The notes below the pieces were generated by a model. That model was not told the DNA's origin. It saw nothing but the letters and a program-made list of their open reading frames with translations, and did not search any database. Positions 40,125 through 48,583 of a stretch of 64,000 bases of DNA are shown here, in pieces. Where the stretch lies: NCBI GenBank assembly GCA_964511175.1, contig CAZEEI010000004.1:27401-91400 (forward strand). Direction: 5' to 3'. The position numbers and the translations under genes were made by a program. The stretch is from an uncultured Pseudomonadales bacterium (GTDB lineage Bacteria > Patescibacteriota > Microgenomatia > UBA1400 > UBA1396). Numbering within the stretch: position 1 is the first letter of the stretch; each line of letters starts with the position of its first letter.

Positions 40125-41915
40125 ATGAAGCTGCGACTGTCGCTTTTTTGGCCATTTCTCCTTGTTTTTCTCCTCGCCGCGGTAGTACGAGTGGCGTGGC
40201 TAGGCCAGTATCCCAGCGGGCTGCATTTTGATGAAGCTTGGTTTGGTTACAATGCTTTTCTACTCAAAGAGCGCGGCACCAACATCTACAATGAAAGGTG
40301 GCCTATTGATGTTGACGTTTTTGGCGAGCACGTTTCCGCCGCTCAAGCTTACTGGACGATACCGTTTATTAGCGTTTTTGGCCTGAATGCTTTTGCCATT
40401 CGTTTAACGGTAGTTACTTTTTCATTATTAACCCTGCTGCTAGCCATCTGGTTCCTATACCGCTTAACCCAAAACCGCACCATTGCTTTGGTTTTTGCTA
40501 TTCTCTATGCTGTTTCACCGCTAAACATCGTGATGGCGCGCGCTTCTTCTACTGTAATTATCGACACCTTCTTCTTACTTTCCTTCCTAGTAGCGCTGAC
40601 CGAATGGCTACGGCGCACTTCGGCCCGACAACTGTCGAGCCCTCAGTCTTGGCTTGGTTTGGCTCTGATTTACGGTCTAAGCGTGATCGCCTATTTCACG
40701 TATTTCACCTCCAGGTTATTAATTCCCGCTTTCGGCATTATCACTTTAGGCTACTTTGCTATGCAAAAAACCAACCGACCAAAACTTTTACTGGGGGCAC
40801 TACCAATCGTTCTTTACTTATTGGTACCCTTCCTCCTATTGCTCTCAACACCGTTTGGCCGCGGCCGTTTTGACCAAACTACCATCATCAACAACCAAAA
40901 TGTTCAGTTCGATCTAACCAATAGTATCCTGCGTTTTGGTCAAGCTGGCGCGCCGCCACTACTAACCCGCGCTCTACATAATAAACTAAGTGACAATGCC
41001 CGCGCGTTTCTCCAGCAATATGTTACTTTTTGGTCGCCAAACCCAGCCTTGTTTTCCTTAAAACTGCCAGCTCGATACCGTATGCCGTCCTTAGGACCAA
41101 TTGCGCCGTTGGAATATTTTGGTTTAATTTTAGCTGCCGCCGCGGCTGTCTTGGTAGTGAAAAAGAGTGAAAAGTGGCGATGGGTAGCCGGGTGGCTAGT
41201 TCTACTAGTTGGTACCGCCATTATTCCTTCGGCTTTAACGGTGGATGACTTTCCCAACTGGCAACGCGCCGCAGCAATCACTCCATTTCTACAGATGGCA
41301 GCGGCAGTTGGTTTGGCAGTGTTGACTCAGTCTTGGTATAAAAACTGGGCTAAATGGCTACCTGTTTTGGTACTACTGTTTAGCTTGCCGGTGGTAATCA
41401 GCCTTACCGAAAACTACACCACTCACGCCCGTTTCTTTGAACCTTTTTACCGTGACGTGGCTGGCTGGCGGCTAGGGGAATGGATTAATGCTAACGCTCA
41501 TGACGAGCGGTTGCTCCTACCCAGTGTGGGGGTTTTTCTTTTTCCTTACTTCCAAGATCAAAGCCTTATTCCTGACCTAATCACTTCGACTAGTGAAAAA
41601 AACTTGATTCAAGCTGACACGTTTCAGATTGGACCCCGGCACTTCGTTCGGGAATTATGCGGTTCGCCTTTAGTACTTACCGAAAATTACGATTATCTGA
41701 TTCTGAAAGCCGAAAGTTATTGCCAACAATTTCCTTGGTGGGTGGAACCAGTGACCACAATTACCTGGGAAAATGGTACGGCAGCATTTTTCATTGGTCG
41801 GGCAGGGCCAGAAAAAGAAACTCTGCGGCAAACTTGGGAAAAAATAACTGGTGACACCGAGCGTAATGCGCTAATACAACAAATTTTTGGTGAAGAACCG
41901 CCGCGTTCTAACTAA
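40125..41915 (+). CDS. Polytopic membrane protein, GT-C-fold glycosyltransferase-like (PMT/ArnT family)
   Basis: 596 aa and more than 11 TM helices. The N-terminal loop motif (HFDEAWFGYNA...) is like family-39/83 GT-C enzymes. It parallels ORF 20444..21844. Confidence 0.45.
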   Translation: MKLRLSLFWPFLLVFLLAAVVRVAWLGQYPSGLHFDEAWFGYNAFLLKERGTNIYNERWPIDVDVFGEHVSAAQAYWTIPFISVFGLNAFAIRLTVVTFSLLTLLLAIWFLYRLTQNRTIALVFAILYAVSPLNIVMARASSTVIIDTFFLLSFLVALTEWLRRTSARQLSSPQSWLGLALIYGLSVIAYFTYFTSRLLIPAFGIITLGYFAMQKTNRPKLLLGALPIVLYLLVPFLLLLSTPFGRGRFDQTTIINNQNVQFDLTNSILRFGQAGAPPLLTRALHNKLSDNARAFLQQYVTFWSPNPALFSLKLPARYRMPSLGPIAPLEYFGLILAAAAAVLVVKKSEKWRWVAGWLVLLVGTAIIPSALTVDDFPNWQRAAAITPFLQMAAAVGLAVLTQSWYKNWAKWLPVLVLLFSLPVVISLTENYTTHARFFEPFYRDVAGWRLGEWINANAHDERLLLPSVGVFLFPYFQDQSLIPDLITSTSEKNLIQADTFQIGPRHFVRELCGSPLVLTENYDYLILKAESYCQQFPWWVEPVTTITWENGTAAFFIGRAGPEKETLRQTWEKITGDTERNALIQQIFGEEPPRSN

Positions 41916-41922
41916 ACAGAAA

Positions 41923-42660
41923 TCAGGAATTTTTCTTCCAGGGTACGGCTAACAATATCTTGGAAAAAAAATCCTCTTCCATGGGGATATATAACTTCTT
42001 TAACTCTTCCGGCGAAGGCGGCTCTTCTTGAAATTGAATACGAGGAGCTTCCGTTATATGAGTCAGTGGAACCTGCTCATTACTTTCACCCATCACTAAG
42101 CAGGCGGCGGACGCCAGCGCATCAACAACGTTGATGAGTACCCACGTTGACTCGCCAAAAATATCCGGTTGAGCAGGCTGATCAATAACGCCCAAGAAAC
42201 CACAATGAGCAATACCAATACCGGTCGCTCCCTGCCGGAGGGGAGTGGAACGGCTGTCGCAAATTATTACCCCGATTTCTCGGCGATGAAATTTATGACG
42301 CAAATGATCCCATATTTGATTTACTGTTTGCTGGGGATTTTTGGGCCAAAGGGTAAAATATCCTGCTGAATTGCCAGTATCCACTCCCGCCGATCCAACC
42401 AAGATATTGTTTTTGATGGTAAGTACCACCCCATACTTATTTTGTTCAGCTGGCAGGTAATAGTCTGCTTCTTGGTAAGCTAACTGCTGTTTGGTGGTAG
42501 TAGATTTAGAGACTACTTGGCCTTCGCATAGAGAAACAACCTTGGCAGTTACTACCAGAATGGACCGCTCTGGGAGATCCTTAACATAGCGGTCGATAAA
42601 CTCAATGACTGTACAGCTGCCGGCATTGACGCGATCGGTTTGGATAGGGCTAATCACCAT
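41923..42660 (-). CDS. CofE-like gamma-glutamyl ligase family protein (F420-0:gamma-glutamyl ligase fold)
   Basis: VVTAKVVSLCEGQVV...GVDTGN...ICDSRSTPLRQGATGIGIAHCG is a pattern characteristic of CofE/FbiB N-domain homologs. The start is set at the ATG at 42658-42660, downstream of tRNA-Leu. The longer ORF 41923..42792 would read through the tRNA. Confidence 0.45.
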   Translation of the reverse strand: MVISPIQTDRVNAGSCTVIEFIDRYVKDLPERSILVVTAKVVSLCEGQVVSKSTTTKQQLAYQEADYYLPAEQNKYGVVLTIKNNILVGSAGVDTGNSAGYFTLWPKNPQQTVNQIWDHLRHKFHRREIGVIICDSRSTPLRQGATGIGIAHCGFLGVIDQPAQPDIFGESTWVLINVVDALASAACLVMGESNEQVPLTHITEAPRIQFQEEPPSPEELKKLYIPMEEDFFSKILLAVPWKKNS

Positions 42661-42683
42661 AGCGAAAAAAACTTCCTTATTTG

Positions 42684-42767
42684 TGCCGAGAAGAGGACTT
42701 GAACCTCCACGGGGTTGCCCCCACACGCCCCTGAAACGTGCGCGTCTACCAATTCCGCCATCCCGGC
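42684..42767 (-). tRNA. tRNA-Leu (anticodon CAG), long variable arm
   Basis: The reverse complement reads GCCGGGA-TG-GCGGAATTGGTAGACGC-G-CACGT-TTCAGGG-GCGTG-(variable arm)-GGAGG-TTCAAGT-CCTCT-TCTCGGC-A. Confidence 0.8.
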
Positions 42768-42847
42768 TCATCAACAGGGGCAAGTATATCATTTTTGGAT
42801 CTTTCCGTCATGGACAAGAGACGGCTGAACCAGTATAAACAAAGAAC

Positions 42848-43375
42848 ATGGAACCAATCGCTACCGTTGCTTATCGGTTTTGTCCGGTGTGTGGTGCGGC
42901 TTATGCTGCCACTCAGCATAATGAAGTAAATAAGACTTGTACAGTTTGTGGTTTTGTTTTATACGAAAACCAAAATGCTACTGTGGGAGCCATTATTGTC
43001 TACCAAAATAAAATCCTGCTCATCCGGCGCGCAGTTGAGCCACACCAAGGTACCTGGGACATACCTGGCGGCTTTGTGGAACCCAACGAATCGTGCCGCC
43101 AAGCCATTGAGCGGGAAGTAAAAGAAGAAACCGCTCTAAGTCCAAAAATCGTGCAAGAGCTGGGTTCTTACGGCCCCACATGGTATGTTTACCAGGGCAA
43201 AGGCAGTTACAACACCGATTTTTACTACCTAATGGAATCGGCTACCGACCAGTTTACTGTGGGTGATGATGCCGCCACCGGACAGTGGTTCGCCTTGGAT
43301 CAACTACCTCAGGAAGATGAAATTGGTTTTCCCTCTGTGCGGCGCGTACTGCAAGATTTAACGGCAATTTTATGA
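42848..43375 (+). CDS. Nudix hydrolase with an N-terminal zinc ribbon (NudC-like architecture)
   Basis: CPVCGAAY...CTVCGF zinc ribbon followed by the Nudix box GGFVEPNESCRQAIEREVKEETAL. Confidence 0.65.
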   Translation: MEPIATVAYRFCPVCGAAYAATQHNEVNKTCTVCGFVLYENQNATVGAIIVYQNKILLIRRAVEPHQGTWDIPGGFVEPNESCRQAIEREVKEETALSPKIVQELGSYGPTWYVYQGKGSYNTDFYYLMESATDQFTVGDDAATGQWFALDQLPQEDEIGFPSVRRVLQDLTAIL

Positions 43376-44292
43376 TCAAACAATTATTTGACATTAACGT
43401 AGCAACTTACCGCTGGCGTGAATCGCTAGTGAAAGAGGAAGTTGAGGCCGCTAATTTGGTCGTCCTACCCGGAAAACAGGTTGGGGGAATTTATCATTCA
43501 GAGTCGATGATTTGGCGAGGGGATTTACTAGGCCAAACATCACCAGAATTGTTTATTCGTTCCAAAAGGGAAAGAAAAAATATTAATTTTGCCCGCAACT
43601 TTTTTCTTACTCAGGGATATTCTCTACAAACTCATTTCGTTACTACCAAACTGGAAGTCGAACAATTTTATGAGTTGTACCAAAAAACCACCTTACTGCG
43701 CAAAAGCTCCGACCAGCATAAAAAACGCGTTAGAGATTATTTTGATCCGGATATTTTGGCAAAAAAGCAGGCGGTAGGGGAACAAGTGATACTGATCGGT
43801 TTATATCAGGGTGATCAACTTGTTTCCGGACTGCTGTGTTTCACCGAAAAAGATCTGCTTAAAGTCGGATATGGCGCCAAGGAACTTTTTCCTGAGGTGC
43901 GAGGCGGCATTGGGGGATTACTGGAATTAGAACTATTACAATTTGGCATCACTAATAATTATCGTTCGATTAGTCACGGCCGGTCCACTAACCCGGCCGG
44001 TTTAATTGACCGTGCCGGTATTTTTGAATTCAAAACTCGTTATGGTTTTTCGCCTTATCCCAGTGGACCCTGGCAGACCACCTATTTGCGATCGGCCGAT
44101 TTTGTTCTTGGCGACGTTATCTTTCTAGGCCTTAATAATGGTCAACTGGGCCTTACCGTGCTTACCACCTCGACTGAAACCGAAATTATTGCCAACAAAT
44201 ACCAAAGTTTGGCCACCAACCTTGTTTCGGTAATTAATATTAATGATCATGTTAAAAATGCCAGACAGCATCTTGATCGTTTGTTACAATAA
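43372..44292 (+). CDS. FemABX-like / Acetyltransf_6 GNAT-fold protein (paralog 1)
   Basis: 306 aa. The C-terminal GIFEFKTRYGFSPYP resembles the FemABX 'G.Y.FK..FG' motif. It is clearly paralogous to the next ORF (shared LIGLYQGDQL, NPAG[LV]I, F[EQ]FK[TA]R.GF..YP). Confidence 0.4.
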   Translation: MIKQLFDINVATYRWRESLVKEEVEAANLVVLPGKQVGGIYHSESMIWRGDLLGQTSPELFIRSKRERKNINFARNFFLTQGYSLQTHFVTTKLEVEQFYELYQKTTLLRKSSDQHKKRVRDYFDPDILAKKQAVGEQVILIGLYQGDQLVSGLLCFTEKDLLKVGYGAKELFPEVRGGIGGLLELELLQFGITNNYRSISHGRSTNPAGLIDRAGIFEFKTRYGFSPYPSGPWQTTYLRSADFVLGDVIFLGLNNGQLGLTVLTTSTETEIIANKYQSLATNLVSVININDHVKNARQHLDRLLQ

Positions 44293-44301
44293 GGAAACCC
44301 T

Positions 44302-45180
44302 ATGATCACCAATCTGTTCGATGTCACTATTGCTCATTACCATAATTTAAACGAGGTTAATTTGGACGAGATAACCAAAGCGGACATTGTTCTCTGTCAG
44401 AAATATCAAGCTGACGGTATCTACCACCCTGAGTCAATCCGCTGGCTGGGCGAAGTGGGTAGTGTCGATCCGGGTGATTTTATTTTTTCTTCCTCTCTGC
44501 AGAAGGAGCTTCCTCAAATCGAAGCGTATTTCCCCGATCACGGCTATGAGATCAAGATTAAAGAAATCAACGAGGCAGAGTTTGAACAATTCGAAAAATT
44601 GTATGAGCAACTGGCGGAAAGCAGAGATCGGTTCGTGATGTACGCCGACCGCTTGCGGGTCAAACAGAATTTGGCCGTCGGTTTGCCGGTGTTTTTGATC
44701 GGTTTATACCAAGGCGATCAACTCAATTCCGGCTATATTGCGTTTAAACAAAAGGACCGCCTCATGGTGGCTTGGAGTGCCGTGGCTAGTTTCCCTGACA
44801 CTAGATACAGCCCAAGCGTAGCTCTCATTGCAGCTATGGTACGTTTTGCCCACCAGCAAGAATTAACCACCATTAGTTTTGGTTCCGGCTTTAATCCGGC
44901 TGGGGTAATTTCCAAGACGGGGCTTTACCAATTTAAAGCACGGTGTGGCTTCACGGCCTATCCGGAAGGAGCGTGGCGATCCTTTTTTCTGCTAAATCCT
45001 GCTATTTTGTCTGCCGATTTAATTTTTCTGGGCATCACTGGCGACCAGCTGGCTCAAAGATTCTTAACCAATACTAGCCAGGACGGATCAGCTTACCGTA
45101 CTAAAGGAATTGGTATGGTGGTGGCCGAATCGCTGTCTGAACACGTTACCAAAGCCCGTAAACTGTTTGGGCTTACCTAG
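44302..45180 (+). CDS. FemABX-like / Acetyltransf_6 GNAT-fold protein (paralog 2)
   Basis: 292 aa and a tandem duplicate of the previous ORF. GLYQFKARCGFTAYP. Confidence 0.4.
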   Translation: MITNLFDVTIAHYHNLNEVNLDEITKADIVLCQKYQADGIYHPESIRWLGEVGSVDPGDFIFSSSLQKELPQIEAYFPDHGYEIKIKEINEAEFEQFEKLYEQLAESRDRFVMYADRLRVKQNLAVGLPVFLIGLYQGDQLNSGYIAFKQKDRLMVAWSAVASFPDTRYSPSVALIAAMVRFAHQQELTTISFGSGFNPAGVISKTGLYQFKARCGFTAYPEGAWRSFFLLNPAILSADLIFLGITGDQLAQRFLTNTSQDGSAYRTKGIGMVVAESLSEHVTKARKLFGLT

Positions 45181-45218
45181 GGTTCAGGAAATAAACCGAA
45201 AAACACCACTCGTTAAAG

Positions 45219-45293
45219 TGGGTCAGGCGGGACTCGAACCCGCGACACCCTGCTTAAGAGGCAGGTGCTCTAACCGACTGAGCTACTGACCCA
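45219..45293 (-). tRNA. tRNA-Lys (anticodon CTT)
   Basis: The reverse complement reads GGGTCAG-TA-GCTC-AGTCGGTTA-GAGC-A-CCTGC-CTCTTAA-GCAGG-GTGTC-GCGGG-TTCGAGT-CCCGC-CTGACCC-A. Confidence 0.85.
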
Positions 45294-45316
45294 ACCACGG
45301 TATTATAACAAAAGGA

Positions 45317-46276
45317 TTGCCTCCCGCTGCTTTGCGGCACTATAATAGCGGTATGCGACATTGGCTACTACTATCTTTGGTCTTCATGATTGGTTGCTGG
45401 TTTTCGCCAGCGCCTGCTTTGGCTCAAACTTTACCCACTGATACCCTAATGGAGCTGGTCGCCAGCAACGCCGCTAAGGCAGCCACGCCGGCGGCTCAAG
45501 TAGTTGAAAAAATCGAACAAAAAGAAGCCCAAGACATTACCCAAACCACACCGCAGGTGAAAAGCCGTTTGGCACGTTTTTTGGACGAAAATCCCGCCGA
45601 TCCGCCGGCTTGGCATAATTTTATCCAGCACGCCCTTCGCCGAGCCGTCAACCAGGGCGTACCAGCCAACATTTTAGTCTTACTCCTGCTCTTTCCGGTT
45701 ATTGCCTCGTTTATTGCTATTTCCCGCCATTTTATCGGCCTGGAGGGCTTTGGCATTTATGTTCCCGCGGTACTGTCGGTGGCCCTGCTCTCTACCGGTA
45801 TTATTTCCGGCATCCTGCTTTTCCTCCTCATTATCGTCACTGCCAACCTTAGCCGGGAGGTAATTAAACGTTTCCGCCTACAGTATCTGCCACGCACCGC
45901 CTTGCTGCTTTGGGCTGTTTCCCTAATGGTGTTTGCGTTGCTACTATTTTCCCCCCTGCTTCTTAACCTAGGCATTGATTTGGTTGCCTTAAGTATTTTC
46001 CCGATTCTGGTTTTGATTTTGCTTTCGGAAAACTTTATTGACGCCCAGTTGTCTACTACCCAATCGCGCGCTCTGGAATTAACTTTAGAGACCATCGTGT
46101 TGGCGGTATTTTCTACTTTGTTCGTCCGCACCGAGTTTGTGCAGGAATTCGTGATTCTGCATCCAGAAATTACCATCATGAGCGTACTGGCCGCCGATCT
46201 CATGGTGGGACGCTACACCGGCTTGCGTGTCAGTGAATATTTGCGTTTTAAGAATATCCTTGACCCGGAGGAATAA
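45317..46276 (+). CDS. Signal peptide plus a 7-TM-like integral membrane protein; first gene of the membrane/ATP-grasp/QEGLA trio
   Basis: N-terminal signal-like segment, an Ala-rich periplasmic region, then about 6-7 TM helices (GIYVPAVLSVALLSTGIISGILLFLLIIV...). It is translationally coupled to the ATP-grasp gene. Confidence 0.5.
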   Translation: MPPAALRHYNSGMRHWLLLSLVFMIGCWFSPAPALAQTLPTDTLMELVASNAAKAATPAAQVVEKIEQKEAQDITQTTPQVKSRLARFLDENPADPPAWHNFIQHALRRAVNQGVPANILVLLLLFPVIASFIAISRHFIGLEGFGIYVPAVLSVALLSTGIISGILLFLLIIVTANLSREVIKRFRLQYLPRTALLLWAVSLMVFALLLFSPLLLNLGIDLVALSIFPILVLILLSENFIDAQLSTTQSRALELTLETIVLAVFSTLFVRTEFVQEFVILHPEITIMSVLAADLMVGRYTGLRVSEYLRFKNILDPEE

Positions 46277-46277
46277 T

Positions 46278-47555
46278 ATGACCCATCCCCGCGACCTCCT
46301 GGGAATGAATGCGCGCGTCCAACTTTACACTTCGCTTAATTCGGCTCAAGCTAAACGTTACGGTTTTTCTAAACTGCGAGCTAAAGCCTTTCTGCAAAAA
46401 CACAGCATCTTGGTACCCAAACTCTACGCCCAAATTGCTGGACAGGAGGAACTGCGCCAGTTGGATTGGAAGACCATACCTGGTTCCTTTGCCGTTAAGC
46501 CCGCCAGCGGTAGTGCCGGCAAAGGCATTGTGGTTATTAAACGGAAAAACCACCGCCAACACACTTGGATTGATGTTACCGGCCGCGAGTGGAGTGAACG
46601 AGATTTAGACTTACATATCAGTGATATTTTGGCTGGACAATACAGTACTTGGGGTTCTAAGCACATGGCTCTAATCGAAGAAAGAATACCCATTCATCCC
46701 GATCTGGAAACTTACGCACAACTAGGAACACCAGATGTGCGGGTGATTGTTTTCCGTAATATCCCGGTAATGGCGATGGCGCGTATCCCTACAGAGGCTT
46801 CTGGCGGACGAGCCAACTTAGACCAAGGCGCCATCGGCTTAGGCATAGATATGGGTACTGGCAAAACCATTTATGGCGTTTCCGGCAAGAAAAAAATCAT
46901 CAGTACCTTTCCTCACAACCAACTGTCGGTGCGGGGTATTCAAATACCATTCTGGGTAGACGTTTTAAGAACCGCTGTCCGTACCGCCAACGCTACTGGC
47001 TTGGCTTTCATGGGAACAGACATTTTCTTGCACCCGGAAAAGGGGCCGATGGTAGCCGAAGTTAACGCCTATCCTGGTTTATCAATTCAGTTGGCCAACC
47101 GGGCTGGCCTACGACGGCGTCTGGAACGCCTGGAAGGGGTAGAGGCCCGCAACGTCACTCACGCCATTAAAATTGCTCAGTCGCTATTCGCCGAAAGCTA
47201 TCCCGGCACCGTGGGTGATTTGGATCGGCCGATTATTGCCCCTAAAGAACAGGTTTTGGTCTATGATTTGGACGAACAACCACACGAGGTTCTGGCGCTA
47301 ATGAATACCGGCCGCAGCCGCAGCGTCATTGCTGATTCTTTGGCCAGTCAATTAGAACTCAATCGTCAGCCGGAAATTATTAACGAAGAAATCGAGGGAG
47401 AGGGGAAATCGCCGGTAGTACCAGTACACATTAAGCTCAAAGATCGAGTTTTAAGCACTTCCATGGTAGTTTCCAAAAGACTAAATAACAAACGCCATCA
47501 ATTGGAGTTGGGACGGCACGACTTAAGCGGTTTTTTGGTAGGAGACGAATTATGA
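46278..47555 (+). CDS. ATP-grasp ligase, RimK-related 'alpha-L-glutamate ligase-like' family
   Basis: KPASGSAGKGIVVIK (phosphate-binding loop) and DVRVIVFRNIPVMAMARIPTEASGGRANLDQGAIGLGIDMGTGKTI (RimK-type catalytic core). GGAGG RBS before the ATG at 46278. Its stop overlaps the next gene (ATGA). Confidence 0.7.
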   Translation: MTHPRDLLGMNARVQLYTSLNSAQAKRYGFSKLRAKAFLQKHSILVPKLYAQIAGQEELRQLDWKTIPGSFAVKPASGSAGKGIVVIKRKNHRQHTWIDVTGREWSERDLDLHISDILAGQYSTWGSKHMALIEERIPIHPDLETYAQLGTPDVRVIVFRNIPVMAMARIPTEASGGRANLDQGAIGLGIDMGTGKTIYGVSGKKKIISTFPHNQLSVRGIQIPFWVDVLRTAVRTANATGLAFMGTDIFLHPEKGPMVAEVNAYPGLSIQLANRAGLRRRLERLEGVEARNVTHAIKIAQSLFAESYPGTVGDLDRPIIAPKEQVLVYDLDEQPHEVLALMNTGRSRSVIADSLASQLELNRQPEIINEEIEGEGKSPVVPVHIKLKDRVLSTSMVVSKRLNNKRHQLELGRHDLSGFLVGDEL

Positions 47556-48577
47556 AGTCTAAAGCGAATTTAACTCTACTACAAAAAATTCTCCCGTCTA
47601 ACCTCGCTGCCGAAAAACGCAAATTCCTGTTTGATCCTAAATATAATCCTCAGTTTGAGTACCCAGGCGAAATTGATTTGGCAGAATGGAATCAATATGG
47701 ACCGGTAGCGGATCAATATTTGGTCGCGGCTAAACAAATTATTGATGCCGTTATCCATCGCTGGGGTCAGGAAGAAAAATACTTGGACGAAACGGGTGGT
47801 CGTTTTTTGTCACAGGAAGAAGTGCGGACAAGGGTATTGGCTTATCTCAAAGATAATGGTTTAGCTGATGAAGTTATTGTTCAGTTCTCCAGTAAACAAA
47901 TCGCGCGGACGATGATGGACCGCAACGTCTTTAGTGTCCAACTGCCGGTACGCTACCGCGAATTTGATCTACCCAGCGTATTGGATCACGAAGTAGGTAC
48001 ACACTACCTGCGGCGTATCAACGAACAACAGCAGCCCTGGCGCGGTAAACACCGGGCTTTTGGTTTTGGCAGCAATGCCGGACAGGATGATCCCAACCCC
48101 AACCATTATCTCGAAACCGAAGAAGGTTTAGCTGTATTAAATTACTATCTCACTGCACCAGACAAGCATCTCTGGATGTCCGCCTTGTATTACTACACCG
48201 TTTGGCTGGCTAGCCAACTCTCCTTTGCCGCTTTGTTTCACGAGCTACGTTCTTATGTCGAAGACCGGGAAAGACGCTGGACGCTTTGTTTAAAGACGAA
48301 ACGGGGTTTACGTGACACCTCGTTGCCAGGCGCTTTCACCAAAAATCAACTTTACTTCTCCGGTGTGATTAAAGTAGCGCACTGGTTCAACCAAAACGAC
48401 TTCGCTGTAGAAGATCTTTATCTGGGCAAGTTGGCTTTAAATGATATTCCGCGCGCCAAACAACTGTCGGCCATAACCAAATTGCGGCTACCTCAATTCG
48501 TGGCCGACCGGGCCGCTTACCGGCAAAGCATCCAAGCAGTGATTAGCGTTAATAAGTTAAACGGACTGGTCAGCTAA
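47552..48577 (+). CDS. DUF1704 / 'QEGLA-motif' protein (predicted metallopeptidase-like)
   Basis: Contains HEVGTHYLR (HExxH-like) and ETEEGLAVLNYYL (the family-naming [QE]EGLA motif). It is found beside RimK-like ATP-grasp genes. Confidence 0.55.
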   Translation: MKSKANLTLLQKILPSNLAAEKRKFLFDPKYNPQFEYPGEIDLAEWNQYGPVADQYLVAAKQIIDAVIHRWGQEEKYLDETGGRFLSQEEVRTRVLAYLKDNGLADEVIVQFSSKQIARTMMDRNVFSVQLPVRYREFDLPSVLDHEVGTHYLRRINEQQQPWRGKHRAFGFGSNAGQDDPNPNHYLETEEGLAVLNYYLTAPDKHLWMSALYYYTVWLASQLSFAALFHELRSYVEDRERRWTLCLKTKRGLRDTSLPGAFTKNQLYFSGVIKVAHWFNQNDFAVEDLYLGKLALNDIPRAKQLSAITKLRLPQFVADRAAYRQSIQAVISVNKLNGLVS

Positions 48578-48583
48578 TTATCT

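Noticed and set aside
42661-42792. N-terminal 44-codon extension of the CofE-like ORF (41923..42792)
   Set aside because: The extension overlaps tRNA-Leu(CAG) on the same strand. An internal ATG at 42658-42660 gives a sensible N-terminus (MVISPIQTDRV…).
42605-42838. 77-aa ORF (…RRGLEPPRGCPHTPLKRARLPIPPS…)
   Set aside because: Translation of the antisense of tRNA-Leu(CAG).
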